Below are positions 1 through 9,965 of a DNA stretch of 64,000 nucleotides, one piece after another. This DNA comes from Planctomycetota bacterium. GTDB taxonomy: Bacteria > Planctomycetota > UBA1135 > UBA2386. Under the pieces are notes generated by a model. The model was not told the origin of the DNA. It saw only the letters and a list, made by a program, of their open reading frames with translations, and made no database searches. The DNA is taken from NCBI GenBank assembly GCA_965223545.1, contig OZ245006.1, positions 2,048,001 to 2,112,000 on the forward strand, given 5' to 3'. Every line of letters starts with the position of its first letter. The first letter of the stretch is position 1. A program made the translations under genes and the position numbers.

Positions 1-429
1 GGCGCCCATGCAGCGCTGCTACCGTCCTGTAGCTGGGCGCTGTTTTGCTGCGCTCGCGATCGGCGTGACTACTCCAACGCGGCGGACGGAGCGATCCGCG
101 TGGTCACCCTCGAGATCCCTCAGGCGGCGGACATCTGCCTGGCGTATCTGCGAGACCTGGGCGGCGTGCCGGCCGAGCTGCTACCGCAAGGCGTGGGGTC
201 GTCGGCAGAAGAACGGCTCGCGGCCCTCGACCATCTGCACCGCATCTCGACCCGCCTGTCCGGGGCATGTGCCGACCAGGAGGCGATCGAAACGACCTGG
301 CAGACGCTGCGCGAGCGGTGGCGCACCTCTGAGGCACTCGCTTTCGTCTGGGACGACGACCAGCTGGCGCCGCTGGCGTCGCACGAGCGAGAGTCGTGGC
401 GCGCCCTGCGCGCCGCGATCGGACGCTGA
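1..429 (+). CDS. hypothetical protein, 5'-truncated by window edge
   Basis: Frame 1 is open from base 1 (GAHAALLPSCSWALF...) through VVTLEIPQAADICLAYL to TGA at 427-429; no family recognised. Confidence 0.5.
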   Translation, partial: GAHAALLPSCSWALFCCARDRRDYSNAADGAIRVVTLEIPQAADICLAYLRDLGGVPAELLPQGVGSSAEERLAALDHLHRISTRLSGACADQEAIETTWQTLRERWRTSEALAFVWDDDQLAPLASHERESWRALRAAIGR

Positions 430-449
430 CGAGAGCGCGCCTGGTCGCG

Positions 450-2969
450 TCAGCTGCCCTCAGTCTCGGCGGGCTGGGCCGCGCTGGCGCTGGGCTCCTC
501 GACCGCGGTCGGGCTGTCGTAGTTCCAGCGGGCCTTCAGGGCCTCCAGCGTGAACGACTGCGGCAGCACGCTGCCGTAGCGCTCGCGCTCGAACTGTTCG
601 CGCGCCTGTAGCAGCTGGCGCCGGGTGATGTCCTTGACCGTGGCCGGATCCTTGGCGATGCAATGCGCCAAGTAGTAGGCCCGCCCGGTCGCGTCGTCCA
701 AGACCTCGGTGACCTCGCCGGGGTCCATCGAAGTGACGTCGGGGTTGCCGAACAGGTAGCGCACGTCGTCGCCGAAGCGGTCGGCAAAGCGCGGTTGCCG
801 CGACAGGCTCGCGGGCAGCGGACCGATGGTGCGGAGCTCGAAGTTGACCTGTGCGGCCGCCTCCTCGAACACCTCGTGGTACACCTCGGCCGCGGCCTCG
901 GCGACTTGCTCCTCGATCGCCTCGTCGGCGGCTTCCTCGAGCTCCTTGCGCTTGTCGTCGGCCTTGGCGAGCTCCGCCTCCAGCCGATCGCGCTCGGCCT
1001 GCCACTTGCGGGCGATCGCCGACTGCGGTGGCCTGCCGGCCACCATTTCGCTGGCCTTGGCGATGCCCGCATCCAGCTCCTCTTTCCACGCATCGAAGTC
1101 GGTGTCGATCGAGCCGCGGACCTCCTCCTCGATCTCGGCGATCTTGTCGCCGATCTTCGCCTTCGCCAGCTCCAGCAGCAGCTCGGTCAGCTTCTCCGAG
1201 TCGGCCTTCGACTGCTCGTCAGCCTTCTTGGCGAAGTAGTCGCTGCGCGCCTTGTCCCGGATCTCGTCGAAGGGCTTCAGCGGCCGCACGACGACGTCCG
1301 GCACCTGAAAGTGAAAGCACGCGGTGTCGGTGCGCTGCACCTGGGTCGACAGATCTCCGTCGGCGGTCATCGAAGTCGCCACCCAGGCGTTGTCCCAGGT
1401 GCCGAGCTCGCCGAGCTCCTTGAGCCCGTCCTGGTTGACCGGCTCCTCGACCCGGTGCGTCCGCACGCCGGCGCGGTCCTCGATGACCTTCAGCATCTCG
1501 CCGACGAAGTCGAACTCCGCGCGGCGCGCGTTCATGGCCTCGACCGCGGCCTCGAGCTCTTCCTCAGCGGCCTCGAGATCGGCCTTCGCCGACTCCACGG
1601 CCGCCTCGCGCTCGTCGCTCTCGCCCTCGTCCGCCAGCGCGGTCTCCGCTTCAGCCAACGCTTCCCGCGCCTTGCTGACGCCAAGGGAAGCGTTGTTGCG
1701 TGTGCCGACGACCGCCCGCATGTGCTCGGCCATGCGATCTTGCACCACGCCGGTGCGGACCGCGTCGAGCGCCGCCTCCGCGCGGAGCATCCGCTCCAGC
1801 TGTTCGCGCACCTCTGCCAGTGGGAAGTACGGGTCCGGAGCCGGCGGCGGTGCCGGCGGCCCTTGCGTCTCGCCCTCGGCGGCGACTTCACCTTCGGGGT
1901 CCTGGCCCTCGGTGGCCGCGGGGCTCTGCTCCGTTTCGGGGTTCTGGGTCTCGGGGCTTTGGGGCACCGCAGGGGCAGGCTCCTCGGATTCCGCGGGATC
2001 CTGGCGGCCCGCCCCGGCACCACCATCGGCACCATTGCCACCACCACCGCTTCCCTCGGTCTGACCGCTCTCCTCGGGGGTCCCGTCCTCGTCGCCTTCC
2101 TCTTCGTCGCCCTCTTCCTGCTCGGGCTCCGGCCGCCGGAACCAGCGCTCCTTGCGCTGCGCGTACTCCTGCTCGATCTTCTGCTGGTCGACCGCGAAGC
2201 CAGCGAGCTCGTTGGCCCATTCGGCCGCATCGAACTCGTCGAACAACACACCGACCGCGCCCATCGCGACGTGGTTGGTGTCGGCGTACGCCACGCGATC
2301 GGTCTCGCTCAGCTCTTCGAGCCACGCGCGCAGATCGTCGTCCGAGACATCGACCTCCTCGAGAGCCTCCTGGCGCGCCTTCTTGTCGAGCACGGCCACG
2401 GAGTAGGTCAGCACCTTCTCGTCCTTGAGTACCGAAGCCGCCAGTGCGGCATCGAGGACGTCGACGCCCAGCGCCTGCAGCCGCAAGAACGTGCCGATCC
2501 GCATCGCCTCGCGCACCACGCGGCGGTAGTGGGCCAGCGACGAGTAGCCCATCTGCAGCGCCAGCCGGGTCGGACTCTCGATGCGGCCCTCGTACAGCTG
2601 CACCGCTTGGTCGATCGCGCGGTCGACCTCCTCGTCGGCCGCATCGATGCCGTACTCGATCGCCAACCGCCGCACGGCGGCATACCGTTCGGCCAGCGAC
2701 TCCCGATCGTCGCCATCGGCGATGCTCGGCAACACCACGGCGGGCTGGTTCTGCGCCGCCACCATCGAGCGTCCGACTGTCCAGTCCTCGTAGGTGACGT
2801 CGACCAACCGACCGTCGGGCAGGGTCAGCCGTGGGGGTTGGTACTGCGCCTGCGCCCCCGGCGCGAAGAACGCCATGATCGCGCCGGTAATCGAGAAGCT
2901 CACCAGGGCGAAGATGCCGGCAGTGAACAGAATCAGCTTCTGGTGCTTGCGGAAGAACTGGAAAGCCAT
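450..2969 (-). CDS. membrane-anchored SurA/PpiD N-terminal-like periplasmic chaperone with long acidic and coiled-coil inserts
   Basis: 839-aa ORF; N-terminus MAFQFFRKHQKLILFTAGIFALVSFSITG resembles PpiD anchors; GIDAADEEVDRAI and VSDDDLRAWLEE resemble SurA_N helices; KPFDEIRDKARSDY resembles the PpiD C-terminal part. Confidence 0.6.
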   Translation of the reverse strand: MAFQFFRKHQKLILFTAGIFALVSFSITGAIMAFFAPGAQAQYQPPRLTLPDGRLVDVTYEDWTVGRSMVAAQNQPAVVLPSIADGDDRESLAERYAAVRRLAIEYGIDAADEEVDRAIDQAVQLYEGRIESPTRLALQMGYSSLAHYRRVVREAMRIGTFLRLQALGVDVLDAALAASVLKDEKVLTYSVAVLDKKARQEALEEVDVSDDDLRAWLEELSETDRVAYADTNHVAMGAVGVLFDEFDAAEWANELAGFAVDQQKIEQEYAQRKERWFRRPEPEQEEGDEEEGDEDGTPEESGQTEGSGGGGNGADGGAGAGRQDPAESEEPAPAVPQSPETQNPETEQSPAATEGQDPEGEVAAEGETQGPPAPPPAPDPYFPLAEVREQLERMLRAEAALDAVRTGVVQDRMAEHMRAVVGTRNNASLGVSKAREALAEAETALADEGESDEREAAVESAKADLEAAEEELEAAVEAMNARRAEFDFVGEMLKVIEDRAGVRTHRVEEPVNQDGLKELGELGTWDNAWVATSMTADGDLSTQVQRTDTACFHFQVPDVVVRPLKPFDEIRDKARSDYFAKKADEQSKADSEKLTELLLELAKAKIGDKIAEIEEEVRGSIDTDFDAWKEELDAGIAKASEMVAGRPPQSAIARKWQAERDRLEAELAKADDKRKELEEAADEAIEEQVAEAAAEVYHEVFEEAAAQVNFELRTIGPLPASLSRQPRFADRFGDDVRYLFGNPDVTSMDPGEVTEVLDDATGRAYYLAHCIAKDPATVKDITRRQLLQAREQFERERYGSVLPQSFTLEALKARWNYDSPTAVEEPSASAAQPAETEGS

Positions 2970-3074
2970 CGTTGGAACGCGCCTGACGGGCGCCTCGCGG
3001 CAGCCCGGCTCGGGCCGCCTCGCTCAGTGTTGACTACTGACGAAAACCGGTTGCAAAAACTCTCCGCGGCGCGG

Positions 3075-3380
3075 TCACCCAGCCCCCCCCGAATCCGACG
3101 GAACATCCAGCTCCGCCGAGCCATCCAGTGAAACCGCCTCGTGGCGGAGCAAGATCGGAATCCCGTCGCGCACTGGATAGAGGACTGGGCCGTCGCCTGC
3201 GACCAGACCGGCGTCGAGCGGCTCGGCGACCGGCTCGCCACCGCGGTTGCGCAGCTCCCCCGCCCGAATCCGCCCGTTGACCCGCTCCAGCTCGCCGGCG
3301 GACGCCGGGCGCAGCGGCTGCCGGGTCACCGGGCAGACCAGGGTGGCGAGGAAGTCCGGGTCGATCGACACGGCGGTCAT
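3075..3380 (-). CDS. Trm112-family protein (long-loop type lacking the zinc site)
   Basis: MTAVSIDPDFLATLVCPVTRQPL...LYPVRDGIPILLRHEA signature; ATG at 3380. Confidence 0.85.
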   Translation of the reverse strand: MTAVSIDPDFLATLVCPVTRQPLRPASAGELERVNGRIRAGELRNRGGEPVAEPLDAGLVAGDGPVLYPVRDGIPILLRHEAVSLDGSAELDVPSDSGGAG

Positions 3381-3529
3381 CCTAACCCGCAGCCGGCGCC
3401 GGGATCGACTCCCATCGCGCCCAATCCGCGCCGCCCGAGGCGGCCCGACCCACCGCCCGGGGTGCCAGATTCGTAACTCGGGAAACACGGCCCGGCACAC
3501 CCGGTGTCCCCTGCCGTAACCTGCTAGCC

Positions 3530-5092
3530 ATGGCACACCTCGCCCTCGCGACTGCCAGCCGGGCCGCACTCGGCCCGCTCAGTGCAGCGCTCGTTCTGTC
3601 CACCGCCGTCGCCCAGCCCGCCCTGACCAGCGTGCGCGTGGCGACCGGCTTTGCCCGACCGATCTACGTCGGCGCCCCCAACGGCGACGAGGACCGGCTC
3701 TTCGTCGCCGAGCAGCACAGCGGCCTGGTCCGCATCGTGCTGCGCGGGGACGTGCTGGCGACGCCCTTCTTGGACGTCAAGTCACGCATCCTCACCGGCA
3801 GCGAACGCGGCTTGCTCGGCGTCGCATTCCACCCCGACTTCGTCAACAACGGGCTGGTCTACGTCAACTACACGCGCACGGGCGACGGCGCCACCATCGT
3901 CGAGCGCTTCACGGTGTCGAGCTCCAACCCCCACGTCGTCGACCCCAACAGCGGCACGATCATCTTCGGACCGGTGAACCAGCCGCAATCCAACCACAAC
4001 GCGGGCTGCATCGCATTCGGGCCCGGCGGCTACCTGTACATCGCCTTCGGCGACGGCGGCGGCGCGGGTGATCGCCAGTGCAACGCGCAGAACGGCCAGC
4101 TCTTCCTCGGCAAGGTCGTCCGCATCGACGTGGACGGTGGCACGCCATACGCAGTGCCGCCGACCAACCCGTTCGTCGGCAACCCCGCTTTCAGGGACGA
4201 GATCTGGACCTACGGCTGGCGCAACCCGTGGCGGTTCAGCTTCGACCGCGGCACCGGCGACATGTACGTCGGCGACGTCGGCCAGGGCGCGCGGGAGGAA
4301 GTGTCGTTCCAGGCGGGCAGCAGCACCGGCGGCGAGAACTTCGGTTGGAAGATCATGGAGGGGACCAACTGCTTCTCGACCGCCAACTGCGTCAACCCTC
4401 CCCCGTGCAATAGCCCGGCGCTGGAGCTGCCGATCCACGATTACGCGAGCACCGGCGCCAACTGCACGGTGATCGGCGGCTACGTCTACCGCGGCTGCGG
4501 GATCCCCGGGCTCGAGGGCACGTACTTCTTCGCCGACTACTGCGCCCGCTCGGTGTGGAGCCTGCGCTACGACGGCCAGAGCGTGACCCAGCTGACCAAC
4601 CGCACCACCGAGCTGGTGCCCAACGCGGGCTCGATCGGACAGGTGACGTCGTTTGGCGAGGACTCGTGCGGCGAGATCTATCTGTGCGACCTCGACGGCG
4701 ACGTCTTCAAGATCGTCCCCGCCGGCCCACCGGCCGCGGTCAACCTCGGCTTCGCCACTCCCGGCAGCAACGGCCGCCCGACCTTCGAGCTCTGCGGCAT
4801 GCTGGGCGCGGGACAAACCGCGGAGCTGATCCTGCGCAACGCGCCGCCCGCGACCGCCGCCGCCCTGGTGCTGTCCACCGCCAACCAACCGACGCCGCTC
4901 GCCTTCGGCACCGTCGTGCCGGTGCCCCCGCAGATCGTCCAACCCTTCATCACCGACGGCGGTGGTCGCGTGCAGTTCACGGTGACGGGCGGTTTGGGCC
5001 CAGCGGTCATCTACGGGCAGTGGGGCATCCTCGACAGCGGAGTCCCCACCGGCATCACGCTGTCCAACGCGCTGCAGGTGACGTTCCCGTAG
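3530..5092 (+). CDS. PQQ-dependent sugar dehydrogenase (GSDH beta-propeller), secreted, with C-terminal accessory domain
   Basis: ERGLLGVAFHPDF, NHNAGCIAFGP, YGWRNPWRFSFD and SFGED motifs; signal peptide. Confidence 0.9.
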   Translation: MAHLALATASRAALGPLSAALVLSTAVAQPALTSVRVATGFARPIYVGAPNGDEDRLFVAEQHSGLVRIVLRGDVLATPFLDVKSRILTGSERGLLGVAFHPDFVNNGLVYVNYTRTGDGATIVERFTVSSSNPHVVDPNSGTIIFGPVNQPQSNHNAGCIAFGPGGYLYIAFGDGGGAGDRQCNAQNGQLFLGKVVRIDVDGGTPYAVPPTNPFVGNPAFRDEIWTYGWRNPWRFSFDRGTGDMYVGDVGQGAREEVSFQAGSSTGGENFGWKIMEGTNCFSTANCVNPPPCNSPALELPIHDYASTGANCTVIGGYVYRGCGIPGLEGTYFFADYCARSVWSLRYDGQSVTQLTNRTTELVPNAGSIGQVTSFGEDSCGEIYLCDLDGDVFKIVPAGPPAAVNLGFATPGSNGRPTFELCGMLGAGQTAELILRNAPPATAAALVLSTANQPTPLAFGTVVPVPPQIVQPFITDGGGRVQFTVTGGLGPAVIYGQWGILDSGVPTGITLSNALQVTFP

Positions 5093-5119
5093 TGTCGTCT
5101 AGGGGAGGGGCAACCGCGC

Positions 5120-6481
5120 TCACCGCGCGCCTACGATCACGGCCAACCCGTTCGAGACGGTGGCCGCCCCCGGAATGAGCCCTTGCAGGTAGAGGGTCGT
5201 GCCCAGCAGTGCAGGGTCGTCGGGGATCAACACCGAGAATTGTGCGGCCCCGGCAACACTCGCCATCGGTACCGCGGCCTCGGCGCTGGTCAGCAGCCAG
5301 CAGCCCGGCATCCCCGCGAAGCCGAGCTCGAGGGGCAGCGAGCGAGAGCCAATGCGCGTGTTGAACCTTCCAAGCGCGAGCACGGCAGGCACGGTGGTCG
5401 ACAAGCCCGCGAGGTCGACGGCGAGCAGGTCGCCGATCCAAGCCAGACTCGACGACAGGACCGGCGTGCGATCGAAGCCGGGGCATACCGGACCGAATGG
5501 CGTGGAGACGGATGGGTTGACGGGTGCGAGCGTCCAGGTCTCGTCGCTCGGCGCCGGCCCGAAGTCCCCGCCGAACAGGACGCAGCGGCGCCGCGCCGTG
5601 TCGTAGACCAAGCCCGCCACCACCGCCGCGGAACCCTGCCCCACGAGCCGTTCGTTCCAAGATATCCCGTCGAAATCCCACGTATCGCGCCGCAAGCCCG
5701 CCGGAGTGCAGGTTCCCCCACCAAAAAGGACAACGCGTTGGCGAGCGCGGTCGTAGGTCATCGAGAAGTCGGCCCGCGGCGACGGGACCGTCGAGGCCAA
5801 TCGCGTCCAAGTCGCGCCGTCCCACGTCCAGGTGTCCGCCAAGCAGGGTCCACCAACGGTGAGGCCACCGAACACCACGGTCTCAGCCCGCGCTTCGTCG
5901 AACGCCATCGCGAACTGCTGTCGCGGGGGTGGCGCCGCGGCCGGCGCGCGCCGCCGCCAATCGATGCCGTCGTACTCCCAAGTGTCGCCGAGCGAGGGAC
6001 CGCTGGTGCCGCCGAACAGAACCACACAGCGGCGGGCTCGGTCGTAGACCATGCCATGCGCTGAGCGCGCCGGAGGACTGGTCGGCGTCTGCACGCGGGT
6101 CCATTGGTTGCCGTCCCATTCCCAAGTGTCCGAGAAGTATCCGAAGCGATCGCCGCCGAACATCACGGTTCGCCCGCGGTGGGAGTCGTACGCCATCGCC
6201 GCCCAGACGCGACCCGGCGGCGCGTTGGCCGGCGTTCGGTCGCGCCAGCTCTGGCCATCGAACTCCCAGGTGTCCGCGACAAAGCCCGACAAGCCGACGC
6301 CGCCGAATAGGACGACGCGGTCGCGGGCCTCGTCGTAGGCCATTGCGTGGCCAGCGCGGCTGGACGGCGAGGCCCCCGGCGAGAGCCTTGTCCACGCCAG
6401 CTGTGCGTCCGCCGGTCGCGCGAGGCCAAGTGAAAGCGCAATCGCGCAGAAAGAGCTGTAGAAGGGCGGCTGGGATCTCAT
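5120..6481 (-). CDS. secreted Kelch-like beta-propeller protein with C-terminal accessory domain
   Basis: Six repeats of the type HAMAYDxxRxxVVLFGG...DTWEWDG; signal peptide from ATG 6481 (ORF extends to 6520). Confidence 0.85.
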   Translation of the reverse strand: MRSQPPFYSSFCAIALSLGLARPADAQLAWTRLSPGASPSSRAGHAMAYDEARDRVVLFGGVGLSGFVADTWEFDGQSWRDRTPANAPPGRVWAAMAYDSHRGRTVMFGGDRFGYFSDTWEWDGNQWTRVQTPTSPPARSAHGMVYDRARRCVVLFGGTSGPSLGDTWEYDGIDWRRRAPAAAPPPRQQFAMAFDEARAETVVFGGLTVGGPCLADTWTWDGATWTRLASTVPSPRADFSMTYDRARQRVVLFGGGTCTPAGLRRDTWDFDGISWNERLVGQGSAAVVAGLVYDTARRRCVLFGGDFGPAPSDETWTLAPVNPSVSTPFGPVCPGFDRTPVLSSSLAWIGDLLAVDLAGLSTTVPAVLALGRFNTRIGSRSLPLELGFAGMPGCWLLTSAEAAVPMASVAGAAQFSVLIPDDPALLGTTLYLQGLIPGAATVSNGLAVIVGAR

Positions 6482-6564
6482 GTGGGCTTCCGTCCGGGTG
6501 ACCGAGCGACCTTCCGGCACGGACTAGGACAACATTTCTTGCCCGCCGAGTCGGCTCCGACGGG

Positions 6565-9342
6565 TCAGTGGCGGTCGTTGCCGTTCGCGAGAGCCTTCAG
6601 CGCGGCGCGCCAGACCGCGGCGTCGTCCGGCTTCTCCCAGGCATCGTACAGCGCAATCGCCGCCTCGATCGCCGCCCGCCGACCGCGCGCGCCGGGGGGC
6701 AACAGCTCACACGCCTCGAGCAGAGCTGGCTCGGCCGCGGCGAACTCCCGCCGGCGGAACAGCACGCGCCCCAGCAGCGCTGCCCGTCGCGCGAGAACGT
6801 GGGGCCGCTTCTCGTGCAGGCGCGCTACCGCCAGCGCGCGCCGCGCGGCGGCCTCGGCGTCGGACAGCAGGCCCTGCTCCACCAAGGCCTCGGCCAACGC
6901 CGCGGCCGTGGCCGCAATGGTGCGGTTGTCGGCACCCAGCACCCGCTCTCGCATGGCCAGCGCCTCGCGCGACCGCGATGCGGCGCGGTCGAACTCGCCT
7001 TTCAATCGATAGACAAAGGCCGTGTTGTCGAGACTGAGGGCGACAAAGATGTCGTCGGGTCCAAGCGCGTCCCGCCGAATCGAGAGCGCTTCTTCAGCCA
7101 TCGGCACGGCCTCATCGAGTTTGCCGCGGCGCGCAAGCAGGATGCTGAGGTCATCGAGACACGTGGCGACGTCTTCATGGCGGTCGCCGAACAGGCGTCG
7201 CCGCATCGACAGGCTCTCGCGCACCAGCTGCTCGGCCTCGTCGTGGGCGCCGAGACTAGAGCGCACGGCCGCGAGACCGTCCAACGTGGTCGCCTCCGGC
7301 TGGTTTGGGCCCGCATAGATGCACCGCAACGCGGCAAGTACTTGTCGGTACGCGACCTCCGCTTCGACCAACCGACCGTGCTTGTGCAGCAGCTGGGCCA
7401 CACCGGCCAGCGCTGCGCACGTGTCGGGGTGCTGCTCGCCGCGAATTCCGCGGGCGGCTGCGTGCGCCTGCCGAAACGTGCGCTCCGCCTCGTCGATGTC
7501 GCCACGCGTTTCCAGCACGTGACCCAGCGCGAGCAGGCCGGTCACCCGAGCGGGGTCGTCGCCACCCCGCCGTTCGAGCAGAACAACGGCCTCGCGCGCC
7601 CATGACTCTGCACGCTCGAGGTCGTTCTGGTGGCGAGCGACCTCGGCACGGTGAGAGAGCAGCCGCGCGAACAACACATCCGGCGCGCGGTCGGGCCGCC
7701 GCCAGGTCTCTTCCGCCCGCGTCAGGAACGCGGTGGCCGCCGCGTAGTCGCCGCGAATCGTGTCAATGCGTGCGCGGTCGAGCAGAGCCGTGACGACCAG
7801 ATCGCTGTCGCCGTTGATCGCCTCGGCAGCGGCCAGTGCGGCATCCGCGTGGTGCTCTGCGCGTTCGAACGCAGCAAGGTTGGTGTACGCACGCGCCATG
7901 ATTTGGTGCACCGTTGCCTGTACCTCGCGTTGATCCGAGAGGCGGTCGCCCAGCCCGGCGTCGAAGTCGTCGAGCAGCTGGCGCACGGTGTAGTGCGGGC
8001 CCTCGATCCGGCTCGGGTCTGCGGCGCTCAACATGTCGGTCAACAGCTGCACGACGGTCTCGGCGCGCACCGCGGAAGCCTTGGCTTCGGCCGCTCGTTC
8101 GCTGGCACTCCAGAGCCCCAAGGTGGAAACGACGGTGCCGATCAGCAATGCTGCACCAACAAGCGACCCGGTGAGCACTGCGACGCGATGCCGCCGCACG
8201 TACTTTCGCAGGCGGTAGGCCGCAGTCGGCGGACCCGCGACGAGCGGCTCGTCGCGCAGGTGACGGCGCACGTCGGCGGCGAACGCGCCGGCGCTGTCGT
8301 AGCGCTGCCGGCGGTCCTTCTCGATCGCCTTCATCACGATCCAGTCGAGCTCACCTTCGACCAGCTTGCCGAGTCGCTTGGCGTTGCTGCCACGCTGTTT
8401 CGCGATCGCGCCGAGCTCTTCACCAAGGGCACCGATGCGGGTCGATGGCTTTGGCGGATCCTCTTCGCGAATGACCCGGATCAGCTCGGAGTAGCCGCGC
8501 GGGAGCACGGCGCGCAGTTCGAACGGCTTGGTGCCGGTAACCAGCTCGTAGAGCAGGACTCCCAGTGAATACACGTCGGCGCGCGTGTCGACGTCGAGAT
8601 CGGAGATCTCGGTCTGCTCCGGCGCCATGTACTCCGGGGTTCCCAGAAACACACCGAACTGCGTGAACACGGTCTTCTCGGTCAGCCGTCGCGTGGTGGC
8701 TTTGGCAATGCCGAAGTCGATGACCTTGGGCAGGGGCTCGCCGTCCTGCTGCGTGACCATCACGTTGGACGGTTTGAGGTCACGGTGGATGATGCCCTTC
8801 TGGTGCGCGTGATGGACCGCCTGGCAAACCTGGCAGAACAGCTCGAGACGGCGGCGCGTGGCGAGGTTCTGCTCGTCGCAGTAGCGCGTCATGGGAACGC
8901 CGCGCACCAGCTCCATGGCGAAGTAAGGACGACCCCGATCGGTCGCGCCGGCGTCGAGCACGCGGGCGATGCTGGGGTGATCCATCAGCGCCAGTGCTTG
9001 TCGCTCGACCTCGAAGCGGGCAAGCACCTCGTCGGTGTCCATGCCGAGCTTGACGACCTTGAGTGCGACCTGTCGCCGGATCGGTTCAATCTGCTGCGCC
9101 ATCCACACGGTTCCGAAGCCGCCCTCCCCAATGCGCTGCTGCAACCGATAGTGGCCGATGCGCTCTCCGGGTTGTTCGGCGCGGCGCTCGGACGGAGCGC
9201 GGTCGAGGGCGGCGAGCAGGCTCTCGACCTCGGCACGCTCGGCGGCGGGCTGCTCTGCTAGGAACCGCTCGCGGTCAGCCACGGGTCGCTCGAGCGCCTG
9301 GTAGAAGAGCTGCTTGGCCCGATCCCAAGAGTCCGTCATCAC
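6565..9342 (-). CDS. Hanks-type Ser/Thr protein kinase with TM helix and TPR repeats
   Basis: GEGGFG, VALK, HRDLKPSN, DFGIA and GTPEYMAPE; TM segment VAVLTGSLVGAALLIGTVVSTLGL; TPR-like repeats (ALSIRRDALGPDD). Confidence 0.95.
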   Translation of the reverse strand: MMTDSWDRAKQLFYQALERPVADRERFLAEQPAAERAEVESLLAALDRAPSERRAEQPGERIGHYRLQQRIGEGGFGTVWMAQQIEPIRRQVALKVVKLGMDTDEVLARFEVERQALALMDHPSIARVLDAGATDRGRPYFAMELVRGVPMTRYCDEQNLATRRRLELFCQVCQAVHHAHQKGIIHRDLKPSNVMVTQQDGEPLPKVIDFGIAKATTRRLTEKTVFTQFGVFLGTPEYMAPEQTEISDLDVDTRADVYSLGVLLYELVTGTKPFELRAVLPRGYSELIRVIREEDPPKPSTRIGALGEELGAIAKQRGSNAKRLGKLVEGELDWIVMKAIEKDRRQRYDSAGAFAADVRRHLRDEPLVAGPPTAAYRLRKYVRRHRVAVLTGSLVGAALLIGTVVSTLGLWSASERAAEAKASAVRAETVVQLLTDMLSAADPSRIEGPHYTVRQLLDDFDAGLGDRLSDQREVQATVHQIMARAYTNLAAFERAEHHADAALAAAEAINGDSDLVVTALLDRARIDTIRGDYAAATAFLTRAEETWRRPDRAPDVLFARLLSHRAEVARHQNDLERAESWAREAVVLLERRGGDDPARVTGLLALGHVLETRGDIDEAERTFRQAHAAARGIRGEQHPDTCAALAGVAQLLHKHGRLVEAEVAYRQVLAALRCIYAGPNQPEATTLDGLAAVRSSLGAHDEAEQLVRESLSMRRRLFGDRHEDVATCLDDLSILLARRGKLDEAVPMAEEALSIRRDALGPDDIFVALSLDNTAFVYRLKGEFDRAASRSREALAMRERVLGADNRTIAATAAALAEALVEQGLLSDAEAAARRALAVARLHEKRPHVLARRAALLGRVLFRRREFAAAEPALLEACELLPPGARGRRAAIEAAIALYDAWEKPDDAAVWRAALKALANGNDRH

Positions 9343-9343
9343 G

Positions 9344-9907
9344 CTAGCCCAAGGCTCGTTGCAAGAACGCGCGCGCCAGCACCCAGTCGCGGCGCACGGT
9401 GCGGTCGGTGACCCCCAGCGTGGCAGCGATCTCTTGGTCGGAAAGGCCGGCGTAGAAGCGCAGCTTCGCCACCTCCGCCAAGCGGGGGTCTCGCTCTTCT
9501 AGCAACTGCACAGCCTCGTCCACCGCGACGATCTCTTCGAGATCGTCGCGCTGAGCAAGGTCGATGACATCGAGGGGAAGTTGCAACCACTGGCGGCCAC
9601 GCTTCTGCCGGCCCTTCCCGCGGGCGTGGTCGACCAGAATCCGCCGCATCGCCTCGGCCGCCGCGGCAAAGAAGTGGCCCTTGCTGACCAAGTCGCCGTT
9701 GTCTCGGCCGACCAACTTCACGAACGCCTCGTTGACCAGTGCCGTCGGCTGCAGCGTGTGGCCGCCGCGCTCGCCCACCATCTGGTGCTGCGCGATCTGC
9801 CTCAACTGCTCGTACACGAGGGGCAACAACTTGCCAAAGTCCACGTCGTCGCTCTGGAGGATGCGCGAGACCTCGCGCGACGCGCTGTCATCGGGCATGG
9901 GTGACAT
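9344..9907 (-). CDS. ECF RNA polymerase sigma factor (kinase-associated, TIGR02999-like)
   Basis: LLPLVYEQLRQIA, HTLQPTALVNEA, AMRRILVDHAR and TVRRDWVLARAFL; stop codon abuts the kinase start. Confidence 0.93.
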   Translation of the reverse strand: MSPMPDDSASREVSRILQSDDVDFGKLLPLVYEQLRQIAQHQMVGERGGHTLQPTALVNEAFVKLVGRDNGDLVSKGHFFAAAAEAMRRILVDHARGKGRQKRGRQWLQLPLDVIDLAQRDDLEEIVAVDEAVQLLEERDPRLAEVAKLRFYAGLSDQEIAATLGVTDRTVRRDWVLARAFLQRALG

Positions 9908-9965
9908 AGTAGCTCAGCGAACCGCCCGGAGGGGGGCCCTCACGCACTTGTCTTCGGACCTCTGT

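Noticed and set aside
663..3131. Long antisense and alternate-frame ORFs (also 10334-12265, 29230-31587 minus, 42037-44469, 46408-49323, 49336-52425)
   Set aside because: Shadow ORFs typical of high-GC codon bias; they overlap motif-supported genes and carry no motifs of their own
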